Positions 44,565 to 54,532 of a stretch of 64,000 nucleotides of DNA are shown here, piece by piece. Source of the DNA: Paramoeba atlantica (lineage: Eukaryota; Protista; Discosea). The notes under the pieces were generated by a model. It saw only the letters and a program-made list of their open reading frames with translations, was not told the DNA's origin and searched no databases. The position numbers were made by a program, and so were the translations under genes. Numbering within the stretch: the stretch's first letter is position 1; each line of letters opens with the position of its first letter. The stretch covers positions 186,001-250,000 of the forward strand of contig CDRNVI010000037.1 of the NCBI GenBank assembly GCA_977017575.1. Reading direction: 5' to 3'.

Positions 44565-45515
44565 ATGCAATCTATTTGTTTAGCCTTTATGAGCTTTTCC
44601 TGCCTCTATTCGGCCGATACTTCTAGCTATCAGCCACGTCTTGGGAGAGTTCGAGCCGCCAGTGTTCCTCCTGAGTTCGTCCTGGCACAATTCCTCAAAG
44701 ATGTTGCGAATCCCCACTCCTCGTGGAGAACCGATAGGTCGGCATGCGAATGGAATGGGGTGGGCTGTGACAAGCAAGGATTGCCGATACAGATGGAGCT
44801 TGATATGCATTCCAAAATGAAGTCGACTGGAGGCTCCCTGCTTGAAACATATAGGATGCGTTTACGTGGGTCTCTGCATTTTGTACATTTTCCGCCAACG
44901 TTTCATCGCTTTACGATGATCGGACATATGCTTGGGGGGGAAGTTGTGTTTCAGTACCTTCCCCCTTGTCTACGGTACATAAATCTAAGTCACAATAGCT
45001 TCTCCGGCAACGTTGATTTTAAGTACCTCCCTGAGCAAATTGAGTTTGTGGCCTTATCTTTCAACAAGTTTCTTGGGAATGTTATATTGGATGAAGTAGC
45101 GTCTAGTCTCACCGAATTCTACATTGACCATAATAGGTTTACTGGGTCCATTCATCTTGAAAAATTGCCGAAAAACCTTGAAAAAACCAGCTTAGCGAAA
45201 AATAGCTTTACGGGAAACATTGACTTAGGGAGGCTTCCGCGTCCGCTCAAAGTGCTCCACTTGGACAACAATTTACTGATCGGGGCCCCAGATTTAACAA
45301 GACTACCTTGTAATATGCAGGTCCTTGGTCTTTCATCAAATCAGCTGAAAGGCGATGTGGATCTCAACCGACTTCCAAAAAATTTGCACACTCTGGAGCT
45401 CAATGGTAATGACCTTCAAGGAGTCTACGATCCCGCGAAACTGCCGGAGCAACTTAGTCGAAACGGATGGCAAATGACGAAAATACGTCCCACATTCGAA
45501 AGTCTGCTGGTTTGA
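44565..45515 (+). CDS. LRR protein
   Basis: RVRAASVPPEFVLAQF..NPHSSWRTDRSACEWNGVGC cap plus ~9 LRRs. Confidence 0.88.
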   Translation: MQSICLAFMSFSCLYSADTSSYQPRLGRVRAASVPPEFVLAQFLKDVANPHSSWRTDRSACEWNGVGCDKQGLPIQMELDMHSKMKSTGGSLLETYRMRLRGSLHFVHFPPTFHRFTMIGHMLGGEVVFQYLPPCLRYINLSHNSFSGNVDFKYLPEQIEFVALSFNKFLGNVILDEVASSLTEFYIDHNRFTGSIHLEKLPKNLEKTSLAKNSFTGNIDLGRLPRPLKVLHLDNNLLIGAPDLTRLPCNMQVLGLSSNQLKGDVDLNRLPKNLHTLELNGNDLQGVYDPAKLPEQLSRNGWQMTKIRPTFESLLV

Positions 45516-47342
45516 TGCAGGAGGAGTCAAATCTATGAAATCTACACTGCGTTCCTAACAACTTTATATTTTTTTCAATCATTTACGTTCATTACAGTAT
45601 CCCTTCATCTTTCCGGGAAATTTTTCACCTTTCCTTCCATCCTCCTCCGGAACCATTTCAAGTACCGTCGACGCACTTTATATGTGAATCCATTAAATTT
45701 GAGAACATTAAATGTGATTAAACTTTTTCTTCTTCCATTTTTGATGTATTTCGGAATTTTCATTTTTTTTATCGTTTCTTTTTTGATATTTTAATAGTCT
45801 GGTTCATAGTTATTTTCATAGTTGGTATTATTTAAATTTTCTTTTTTAGGCTCTTCGGTAAACGCGGTGGCTGTTTTCAACTTAAACCTTGTTCCGGGTT
45901 ATTGTGCCTAGAGCTACAGTGATCTTCACCAATCTGAGAGTCACGAAAATGAGAATGACCCTCTCAAGAATGACAAATTATCGTGTCAACGTTCAACTCA
46001 AAAAGGGCCTTGAAAATGAGAATGAGAATGGATCAAAAGGGGCCCTGTTGTGCAATCTGGGCAAAAATTTGTAAACCACAGTCCGATTCATTATACCTAG
46101 GGACACCTATTGTACCCGCCAGAAGACCAAAATGAACACGACCGACACTCTCCTGAAATTAATGAGGCCGATCGACTCATGATGGTGTTCCTTGAGGCGT
46201 TTGATCGTGTCATAGAGCGTGTTCCACACATGAGCATTGTTCCACACAGCATTGCATGGAAATAATCCGAAACCTCGTACTCAACCCGTTGTTCAAAATA
46301 GAGTATGGCGAAATTTGCGTGCGAGACGACTTTGCTCGGGGTGTACCAGGTTTGTTTGTGTTCGGGGGGGGGGCGAAGCATTGGCTGTGTTCCGCAAGGG
46401 GAGGATGCCGTAACCTGGATGAGATCACATGTCCTGTTTGAAAATGCCGCGTGTTACTTCCATGGGGCGGGCTATCTCCAAGATGTGCCAGGAAAGCCCG
46501 ACATAATGGTTTGCCAACACAGTCTTCCGAATGTGAAGAAAGTGATAATCCATCTATCGGATGCACGCATTTGAGAGCCTTGGTTCCATGCTATAACGCG
46601 CAAAGTCTTTGTGTTGGGAACAGCAAAATGCAACAAAAATGAGCTCAAACGGACACTTGGCTGAAAAGTTAGAGGGGGGTGACTTTTCGCTGTGGGGGGT
46701 TTATTACTGTGTTCCTCTTTATATTTTCACTGTTTTTGTTCACTTTTTTTCAATAATCGAGTGTAGAGCGGTAGTTTTACAACCACCGCAATAATAAAAC
46801 TACGCCAAGACTGTCTTGGCGTAGCTTTTGCAATAGTCTTGAAATTTTATAAAAGGTATCAATATCTTACCGTTCCTTAGGAAGTGCAGTATTACATGAA
46901 AACAATGTACATTTTGTAGGTTTACCATTTCAGATTGTTATGTTAACTTTCTCATTCATATGAGCTCATCAATCAACATTAGTGCTGTCATATTTTCATA
47001 CGGAGAACACATTTCTTTATGGATACAAAGCATGTTTTTGATGGAACATTTGAACAACCACTGCGGTAGCCATGTACACCCCCACGCGAAAATAATGCAA
47101 CTTGGGATTCCGCAGAACGGGTGAGTGGTTCACAGTGTATATTTTTGGTGAATGGGAAAAACTATTAGATGTCAATAGCACGAGAGGTGGGAGGGGGTTC
47201 AGAAGTTGAGAAAGGGTATCGTATAATTTCAAAGTAGATCTCAGTGTGTGAGGGCATACATTGTGCGTTTTGCGTATCTAAAACTTTAAGCTCTTTTGAT
47301 AAAAAGATTCTTTTTGTACTCCGTTCAAGGTTGATCGCACTC

Positions 47343-48780
47343 ATGCAAACAAACGTCATGTCTTCGACTCTTGCTTCAGATTCAACAGGAGGGACACGTT
47401 TGCGAAAGGTCCATCTAACTCTTCTACCCCCTGAAATGGAACTTGATCGTTTTCTATCACACACAACTGGACGTCATCACAGTTGGAGCACTGAAAATGA
47501 CGCTTGCAAATTATGGGATGGCGTGAAATGTGAGGATCAAAAAGTTGTAGAGCTTAGCTGGACTTCTTTTGGACTGTCCGGTAATGTGCAGTGGAGGTTT
47601 CTTCCTCGCACTGTGCGACACGTCGATCTTGGACGCTTATATGACGTGTCCAACAAACTGACAGGACGCATTCAGACCTGTGATCTCCCTGATTCTCTAG
47701 AGTGCCTTATCGTTGACCGAAACAGCTTTTGTGGTGAACTCGAAATTCGGACATTCCCGTCGGCGATGCGGAATTTTGAAGCCCGTGAAAATTGTCTTGA
47801 AGGCAGTGTAGATCTGACGGCACTTCCTTGCGGTCAGTCAACGCTTGAATAAAGACGCTTGATAAAGATAAAGATACAGTTTCTGTACCTTGTTGGTACA
47901 TTTTCCCTTTAGTTCATCTTTTCTTTCCCCGGCAACGGGCATAATCTTACTGTTTTATATGCCCGTTGCCGGCCGGCACTAAGGCCGAAACTGTCCCTCT
48001 TTCTCGGCGAAGTAGGGGACGCGCTTCCACCCCATCACCCCTCCCCGGCTCACTCCTTGAGTGGGTTTTCTTCCCTCCCCGGCTTTCTTCCCTTCGCGCC
48101 CTTTTCTTCCCGGGGAGCCATGCGCCATGGTGGCCTCCCTTGAGGACCACTGGGCGTGGCTCTGCCTCGTCTTATCGCGAGGCAGCGGTCGGTTGCAGTG
48201 CGCCCCTCCGGCTGCGTAAAGAGATGGTGAGTTGCCTGGACCACCTCTTCCGACTGGGACCGAGTCGGTTGCAGTGCGCCCCTCCGGCTGCGTAAAGAGA
48301 GGGCGAGTTGCCTGGACCCCCTCTACCGACAGAGTCCGAGCTAAACCCCCTTGGTGCGACATCCGTCAATACGGATTGTGCCGATGATATCGGCTGTCGC
48401 ATCAAGGGCTGTATCTCTGCGCCAACGAGCGCATGAACATCAAAATGAACAACAATGATTTAAGTGGTCGCATTTTCTTGGACTCGTTGCCACCTCAGCT
48501 TCGCTACCTGTACCTGTCCCATAATAGATTGAGCGGTGAGGTAAACTTAACCACGCTACCAGAGATGCTTCTGGAACTTACGGCAACCGATAATCAACTT
48601 ACTGGAGATCTGGATCTCTCACGTTTGCCCCGGAGCTTGAGGTTGCTGCATCTCAGTAGAAACAAGTTTGATGGGACGCTAAATTGCCGGAATCTACCCG
48701 AAAAAGCCCAGATCTATGTAAGAACAATGAATATTCGATCATCCGAGCCTGACCCCTTACCACTACGGGTAAACATATGA
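47343..48780 (+). pseudogene. LRR gene disrupted by the SL-headed element
   Basis: ...GSVDLTALPCGQSTLE (to 47849) resumes as MNNNDLSGRIFLDSLPPQL (from 48445); removing 47850-48444 restores a 22-aa LRR register. Confidence 0.85.
47850..48444 (+). mobile_element. SL-RNA-headed structured retroposon-like element, copy 2
   Basis: TAAAGACGCTTGATAAAGATAAAGATACAGTTTCTGTACCTTGTTG|GTACA ... internal 76-bp tandem duplication (48188/48264) ... GCGCATGAACATC-AAA. Confidence 0.78.
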
Positions 48781-49171
48781 AAATTAATCCAACAAATTTT
48801 GATAAAATGAACATGTTCACTAGCCTTAAAAAAAGTAGCAAACAATGCTTGTACAGTAGCTTGTATATGAGCTTAGACATTTTTATTCAAAGAAACGCGT
48901 AAATGTGCACCTACAGGGTTGGTACGGAATTTATGAACAATTCTCGAATCATAATCTTTCTTAAATCTTTTTTTAAGTGCTCTTTACCTGATTACCCGAT
49001 GCCCCGCCCTGATTATTTCCAACTAGACCACACACAACGTGAGCAAGCCAGACAGCTTATTGCGAAACTTCAGCCAAAGATACAATACATGTAAGAGGAA
49101 AACGTTTTTCATGCATGCACAGAAGCAATAATAATGAAAAACAATTATCACGATTAGCGTTATTCAAGTTA

Positions 49172-49643
49172 CCGTGGAAACATTAATTAAGAGACACATT
49201 AAATAAGGGAACGCCAATTAAGGGAACACTAATTAAGGGAATAATTATTTTTCGTCGCTTTTTGGCATTTTCAGGCAATTAATAATTATTTTTTCCGCCC
49301 ATGGCCCAGGCGCCCCCAACCCCCGCTGAGCCCACATACCAATAATTCAGAGTTTAGGTCAAAAAATCGAAGTATGCAACCAAAACGTTGTAATACGTGA
49401 AGCATCCACTTACTAACGCACTTTCTCGAAATTTCACTTGTTATCACACAATTCGCTTATTATCACACCGAAAAAAGTGTGATAATGGGTGGTCCCCCCT
49501 CTACTTATCTCGGGCTATTTTCAACTTGATTCCCGCAAAACAAATAAGGGAACATAAAATAAGGGAACACTAATTAAGGGAATAATTTTTTTTGAAAACC
49601 ATTTTCCCTTAATTGGTGTAATTCTTAATTAATGTTTCCACGG
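49172..49643. mobile_element. TA-flanked MITE (CCGTGGAAACATTAATTAAGA TIRs)
   Basis: Perfect inverted termini TTACCGTGGAAACATTAATTAAGA / TCTTAATTAATGTTTCCACGGTAA; internal AATTAAGGGAA repeats. Confidence 0.88.
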
Positions 49644-49674
49644 TAAATGCGTCGACGGTAAACACAGATGTATT

Positions 49675-51987
49675 GTGTACATGCATAATTGTAATGGTGG
49701 TATGTCTCTTAAAAAGTACCATTTACTTTCCCAATTGACGATGTCTAGGACTTTCATCCTTTTCTCTCGACTACCCATGAATTTATCCCCTTACATTCGT
49801 CTGCGGCCCATCCTGCCTCTCCTTCTTCTCCTCCCTCTCCTCTCCGCCTATGACACCCCCATGCAGGACGTCGACTCCAATTCGGGTGACCCCCACCCCT
49901 CGGACCCCTCTCTCACCGCCCCCCACGCCTACCTCAGCTCCCCGAGCTGTTTCCTCGACTTCAATGTCCTACGCTGGGAGGAGGGGCGCTACTCCCCATG
50001 CTACAAACTCACCGAGTTACTCACCGTCGGGGAGGCCCAGGCCGCGGAGTACATGTTCACCCTCGTCCGTCGTCACCTCCTCTCCGACATCTTCAACCTC
50101 TCCCCCGGTGACCTTCTCACCTTTATCGACCCCGTAGCCGCCCACCATTTTGAACATCCCGAAAACGGGTCCAACCCCCCCCACCCCCCCATCCTCCCCT
50201 GTGTCGCCCCCCGCCCCGAAACCGGCCGCTGTATCCCCCCCGACACCTTCGCCTACCCCTTACACCCCGCCCGCCCCTACCTCACCGTCCCCTATAACAC
50301 CACAACCGTGATCCCACAGCAGACCCCCCCCTCTTCCTCCTCTTCTCATTCGAGGGGAAACCGAGGCGCCCCCCATCTCGAGGGCACCGGGCCTACGCTT
50401 GCTACCCTCGGGTCCGTCCCCAATGCGGTACTCCGTAACGCGGTCCACACCCGGACCACCTTCCCCTCCTCCTCCCCCCACGCCCCCGCGCACCGCTCCC
50501 ACGGGGTGTGTGCCGCTGCGCTGTTTGTGCTGAACGGCACAGCAATGGGGGAAGGGGCCATGGGGGGGGGACTGGACTACGAAAAAATGGTTCAAGTCCT
50601 CCAAGGGGTTGTGGATGTGGTCCAAGCCCTCGTGAGTTCGTTTCAGCTGCAGTACCAGAAACTGCGACGCTCCCCGACCGCGGCCGTGGTGCGGGAGATG
50701 GGGAGCTGGAAGCCCCAGGCTTTTTTAAACCAGCAGGTGGAGACGTGGCAGCGGTTGGTCGAGGGGGCGCGGGGGGACCCGTCCGCGGAGCTCGAGACCG
50801 TGCTGCGGTTTTATGAGACCCAGCATGGGGAGAAGTTGGAGGAGGTGCACCGGTGGGAACAGCAAATGCTGATTGAGTCGATGCAGCCTGGGGTGCGGGC
50901 CTCGTATTGTAGCCCCGCCCAGACGTTGCGGTCCTCGGAGGATGAGGATGTGATGATGGGGGAGGGGTTGTCGATGTCGGCGTCGTATGAGGCCCCGCCG
51001 TCGTCCTCGTTTGTGGGGGATATTGCGTACCATGAGAACTCGGAGTGGCGGTCGTTAAAGGCGGAACAGGAAGGTCTGCGGGCGGTGTTGGAGGAGCTGC
51101 AACGGGTGCGTACACGGCTGGTGCAACTCCCGATGGGGGAGCAGCCGGAGGTGTTAGGTGCTCGCTGGTCCGTCATACGACGTATCTTGCTTAGTTATTT
51201 ACAACACCGCGAGACCCTACTGCGGTTTGCGTCAACCCAAAAAGGAAATCGGGAATATGCCCACCTACAGCTCGAGGGTCTGGATGCTCCTTTGACGGCG
51301 TTTCGTCAGCTGCTGGTGCGCGAGGTGAGCTCCGTACGTATGGGTTGTGGTATTGAAGAGGCTGAGCGAGTGCTGACGTTTATCTGTGAATGTAACACCA
51401 AGGCAGGATTTACTCAGCTCGCTGCAGAGGAGGCAGCACAAGGGGTTCCGGTGCGTCTACCTGTTTTCACAGAAAAGGAGAAGGGAGAAGAGGAGGAAGA
51501 CTCCAGCTCCTCTCTAATGGATTCTCGTAAGCGTCGTCGCTCTGGGAAGCAGGAAGAAGAGGAATCGGAAAGCGAGGACTCGGAAGAAGATTCTGATTCC
51601 CCGTTGGTAAGTTCTCCACCGACAAAAAGAGCGCGTGGGGAAAAGGAAACGAAGCGAGGCAGAGGTCGGGGGAGGGGTACCCGCGGCGGACGAGGTGGGA
51701 GTCGGGGGAAAAAGGCATCGGAAGAGACCGGCGACAAGAATTCTCGGAAGCGAAAGGCCTCTGGTTCCAGCATAAAGGATGACACCTCAGTATCTGCAAC
51801 AAAGACCACCTCGAAAAAAGCGGGAAGCCAAAAGAAAAGTGGTAAAGCACAGGAAGAGGTGATCACGACTCGTTCAACACGTTCTCGAACACGGCAAGCA
51901 GCCGCGGAGGAGGAAGAGTCTCTTGGATCTATGGATAGGAAAGGAGGTAAACAGGAACAGCCTAAAAAACGTGCCCGTAAAGGGTGA
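49675..51987 (+). CDS. Hypothetical protein with coiled-coil middle and acidic/basic disordered tail (start uncertain, possibly 49861)
   Basis: 770-codon ORF with the same GC-rich codon style as neighbouring housekeeping genes; KRRR and RGRGRG motifs. Confidence 0.7.
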   Translation: MYMHNCNGGMSLKKYHLLSQLTMSRTFILFSRLPMNLSPYIRLRPILPLLLLLPLLSAYDTPMQDVDSNSGDPHPSDPSLTAPHAYLSSPSCFLDFNVLRWEEGRYSPCYKLTELLTVGEAQAAEYMFTLVRRHLLSDIFNLSPGDLLTFIDPVAAHHFEHPENGSNPPHPPILPCVAPRPETGRCIPPDTFAYPLHPARPYLTVPYNTTTVIPQQTPPSSSSSHSRGNRGAPHLEGTGPTLATLGSVPNAVLRNAVHTRTTFPSSSPHAPAHRSHGVCAAALFVLNGTAMGEGAMGGGLDYEKMVQVLQGVVDVVQALVSSFQLQYQKLRRSPTAAVVREMGSWKPQAFLNQQVETWQRLVEGARGDPSAELETVLRFYETQHGEKLEEVHRWEQQMLIESMQPGVRASYCSPAQTLRSSEDEDVMMGEGLSMSASYEAPPSSSFVGDIAYHENSEWRSLKAEQEGLRAVLEELQRVRTRLVQLPMGEQPEVLGARWSVIRRILLSYLQHRETLLRFASTQKGNREYAHLQLEGLDAPLTAFRQLLVREVSSVRMGCGIEEAERVLTFICECNTKAGFTQLAAEEAAQGVPVRLPVFTEKEKGEEEEDSSSSLMDSRKRRRSGKQEEEESESEDSEEDSDSPLVSSPPTKRARGEKETKRGRGRGRGTRGGRGGSRGKKASEETGDKNSRKRKASGSSIKDDTSVSATKTTSKKAGSQKKSGKAQEEVITTRSTRSRTRQAAAEEEESLGSMDRKGGKQEQPKKRARKG

Positions 51988-52655
51988 GTGACACTGTTTA
52001 GGCGTTCAACGTTTGAGGCTGCGTCCGAATTGTTTAATGTTTATTGTGCACCAATGAAATCTTGGCGAATCCAAAAATATGTGCGCAACTAAGAACTTTT
52101 GTGTTTCAGTAACTACTTTTTTCTTGGCTAATAAAGTTATACGTCTTCTGCAAAATATTTTTTATTGTCTGCTGATATTTAATTTTGTGAGATCGAAATG
52201 AATGATTTTCTTCGTTCTCTATTTCACTCGTCTTTTATTATGAGCTCTGCTGAAATGCGTAAAAATACTGTATGAAGTATTCGCCATCTACATTCCTTTT
52301 TCTCTGCATAATCGTCGTATGTTTTTCTTGTTCCAAAACAAGTTTCTTTTTTTAGATTTGTCAAGTAAACTGTATTTCTTGCACTAGACTTCTTTTCTTT
52401 AGATCACTTAGATAGAAAATGATACGCCACATAGATTCACTCCACAACAGCGCTACACACACCAAAAAACAAAAGCAAGAACCTCCTTTTTCCTACAAAG
52501 CTTCCTCTCTTCTTCCGTACAACAGCAAATTTGCCTCAAATCTGTGCTCTGTTCTCCCGCTCTGTTTCCTATTTTTTGCCGCAACATTTACGAGTTTGTC
52601 TCACAAATCTCCTCTCCATTTGAATCTCAAAACTCTGACCCATGCGGTTGAGGAA

Positions 52656-54068
52656 ATGGCTTTTACCGGGCATCCTACCTCAGGCATCGTTTCCGCTCCT
52701 TTTCCCCGGGCTCGTCGCATGTCAGAAGTTCCTTCTCGCAACCAAACCCACAGCATACACCCGTGGGATGCTCCGCCTAATACTTCTGATAAAGAAAATC
52801 GAAAAACTGAAATTTCTCTTCCCCCACGTCATGTCTCTTTTCTATCGAATGCCTCTCAGCCCTCGGAGTTTGCAAGAAAATGTAAACAGCGTTGCAACAA
52901 AAAAGAAGCCTTTCGGGCGTTTCCACAAGTGTCTACCATCACATCGGAATTATGGGACTGCTCTCAGGTGAGTTATGACGCCGATGACGAGTCCCCGCGA
53001 CGCGTAAGTCGAAAACGTAGTCGATTATCAAAAGGTCATCCCGTGAGTACACTGAGACCCAAAAAAGCAGACCCCGTGTTTCGTACTGAATTCAACTCGC
53101 TCGAAAAAGGCGACGCGACGTTTACAACAAACGAAATCAAAGGCGTAAACTCTCCTCTCGATTTTCTCGAAACTCCAAAAATTTCTTCTCCCACAGTACA
53201 ATCTCTCTCCTCGACCTGTGCGGATTCCTCACTTGATTCTGGAATGGAAGCCCAGCCACGACAAAAGAAACCTCGTCTTCTCCCCCATTCATCAGTAGTA
53301 AATCCAAACGCTGCGATTTCGAAGTTTACTTCCCGTTCGCATCGTATTGGAAAAGTGCACACAGCGCTGCTCTCCGATGAGGTCATGCTGCAGCAATTCG
53401 TCTCTTCGCTGTTTGTCACGGAACAAGCCGAGGCGATTTCGAGCTTATGGCCGAGTGAGAGACCCGTGTGTACGTGGCCAGGAATTACCTGTCGCTACGT
53501 TTCGAATAAGGAAAAGAGTCCGTCCTCGGTTTCCAACGAAGAGGAGGAGAAGGAAAGGGGTGAAAATACCCAAAACGAGTTACCCACCACAACTTCTAAG
53601 AACACGTCCCCGAGAGTTGTGGCCATGGATTGGTCTCATTGGGGACTTCATGGCACAGTGGCCTTATCTCGCCTTCCTTCCTATTTGCAAAGCTTTAAGG
53701 CCGAGGGAAACTTTATGGAAGGTGAGTTGGACTTAACAAGACTTCCTGCCACTCTACAAATGCTGTGGCTTTCAGAGAATTCGTTTTCGGGGGCGGTAGA
53801 TCTGTCACAGTTGCCCACACAGTTGCACTTTTTGCAGCTTTCGAGGAACGTGCTATCGGGCACAGTCTCTCTTTCCGGTCTGCCTTCTACGCTTGAGCTC
53901 CTGGATTTGAGTTTTAACGCGTTTCATGGAAATGCACTCCGAATGTTGTACCGAGTAGCAAAGCCTCAGCAGTATATGCACGTTAATCGGATTGATCTAA
54001 GAGGTAACGCCTTTGAGTACACCACAGAAGCCCATGAGCGTTGTCCCAGTAGCATACTTGTAGTATAG
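52656..54068 (+). CDS. LRR protein with long disordered basic N-terminal extension
   Basis: ~240-aa Ser/Pro/Arg-rich region, then LLSDEVMLQQF..SLWPSERPVCTWPGITC cap and LRRs. Confidence 0.78.
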   Translation: MAFTGHPTSGIVSAPFPRARRMSEVPSRNQTHSIHPWDAPPNTSDKENRKTEISLPPRHVSFLSNASQPSEFARKCKQRCNKKEAFRAFPQVSTITSELWDCSQVSYDADDESPRRVSRKRSRLSKGHPVSTLRPKKADPVFRTEFNSLEKGDATFTTNEIKGVNSPLDFLETPKISSPTVQSLSSTCADSSLDSGMEAQPRQKKPRLLPHSSVVNPNAAISKFTSRSHRIGKVHTALLSDEVMLQQFVSSLFVTEQAEAISSLWPSERPVCTWPGITCRYVSNKEKSPSSVSNEEEEKERGENTQNELPTTTSKNTSPRVVAMDWSHWGLHGTVALSRLPSYLQSFKAEGNFMEGELDLTRLPATLQMLWLSENSFSGAVDLSQLPTQLHFLQLSRNVLSGTVSLSGLPSTLELLDLSFNAFHGNALRMLYRVAKPQQYMHVNRIDLRGNAFEYTTEAHERCPSSILVV

Positions 54069-54532
54069 CAGACATGTAGACCGACAACCAAGTATGTTAT
54101 TTTTTTCTATTTTTTTGGAATGTATTGGGGTGATGTATTTCTTCTAGAGTATATCAAAGAGATGAACAGCTCTTTTTTGTTCGAATATGCAAAGTTACAT
54201 TTTTTTGTAGGAAGATGGTACTCTTTTTGTTTGTTTGACTAGAGGGTGTGCTATTTGTGCTCCCATGCTCTACTTTTTAGACATTGTTTTGTTTTCCTAG
54301 TATTGTAGTCTCTTTTTATCCTCCTAGAGAAGATTAACCACTAATAGCTTGTAGCGTACATGTAGATAAAGTTTACATGTGTGCATCCTTGTTTTCATTT
54401 TTCTGATAAATTTATACAACAATTGACATTTTAGTTTTTTAGTTATCGTTTTTTCAAGTATTTAAGATTTTCATCAAAAATCTCATCCTATTTTTTTTTG
54501 AGAGATAACCTTATTTTCAGCAAATTTCCTTC

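Noticed and set aside
47850-48000. Functional SL RNA (mini-exon) gene
   Set aside because: Exon 5' end is truncated or stuttered, no recognisable Sm site or T-tract terminator at ~100-140 nt, not in a tandem array, and inserted inside another gene.
47950-48025. HDV-like ribozyme (GGCCGGC...GTCCC...GGCGAAG..GGGAC) as in ingi/L1Tc/SIDER heads
   Set aside because: No P1 3' strand or P4 between the P2 strands, so the nested pseudoknot cannot be drawn; the 77-79-bp signature is absent.
47966-48295. ORF shared by both copies of the SL-headed element
   Set aside because: In the aligned part, six of seven differences are non-synonymous and the start is not conserved, so there is no coding constraint.
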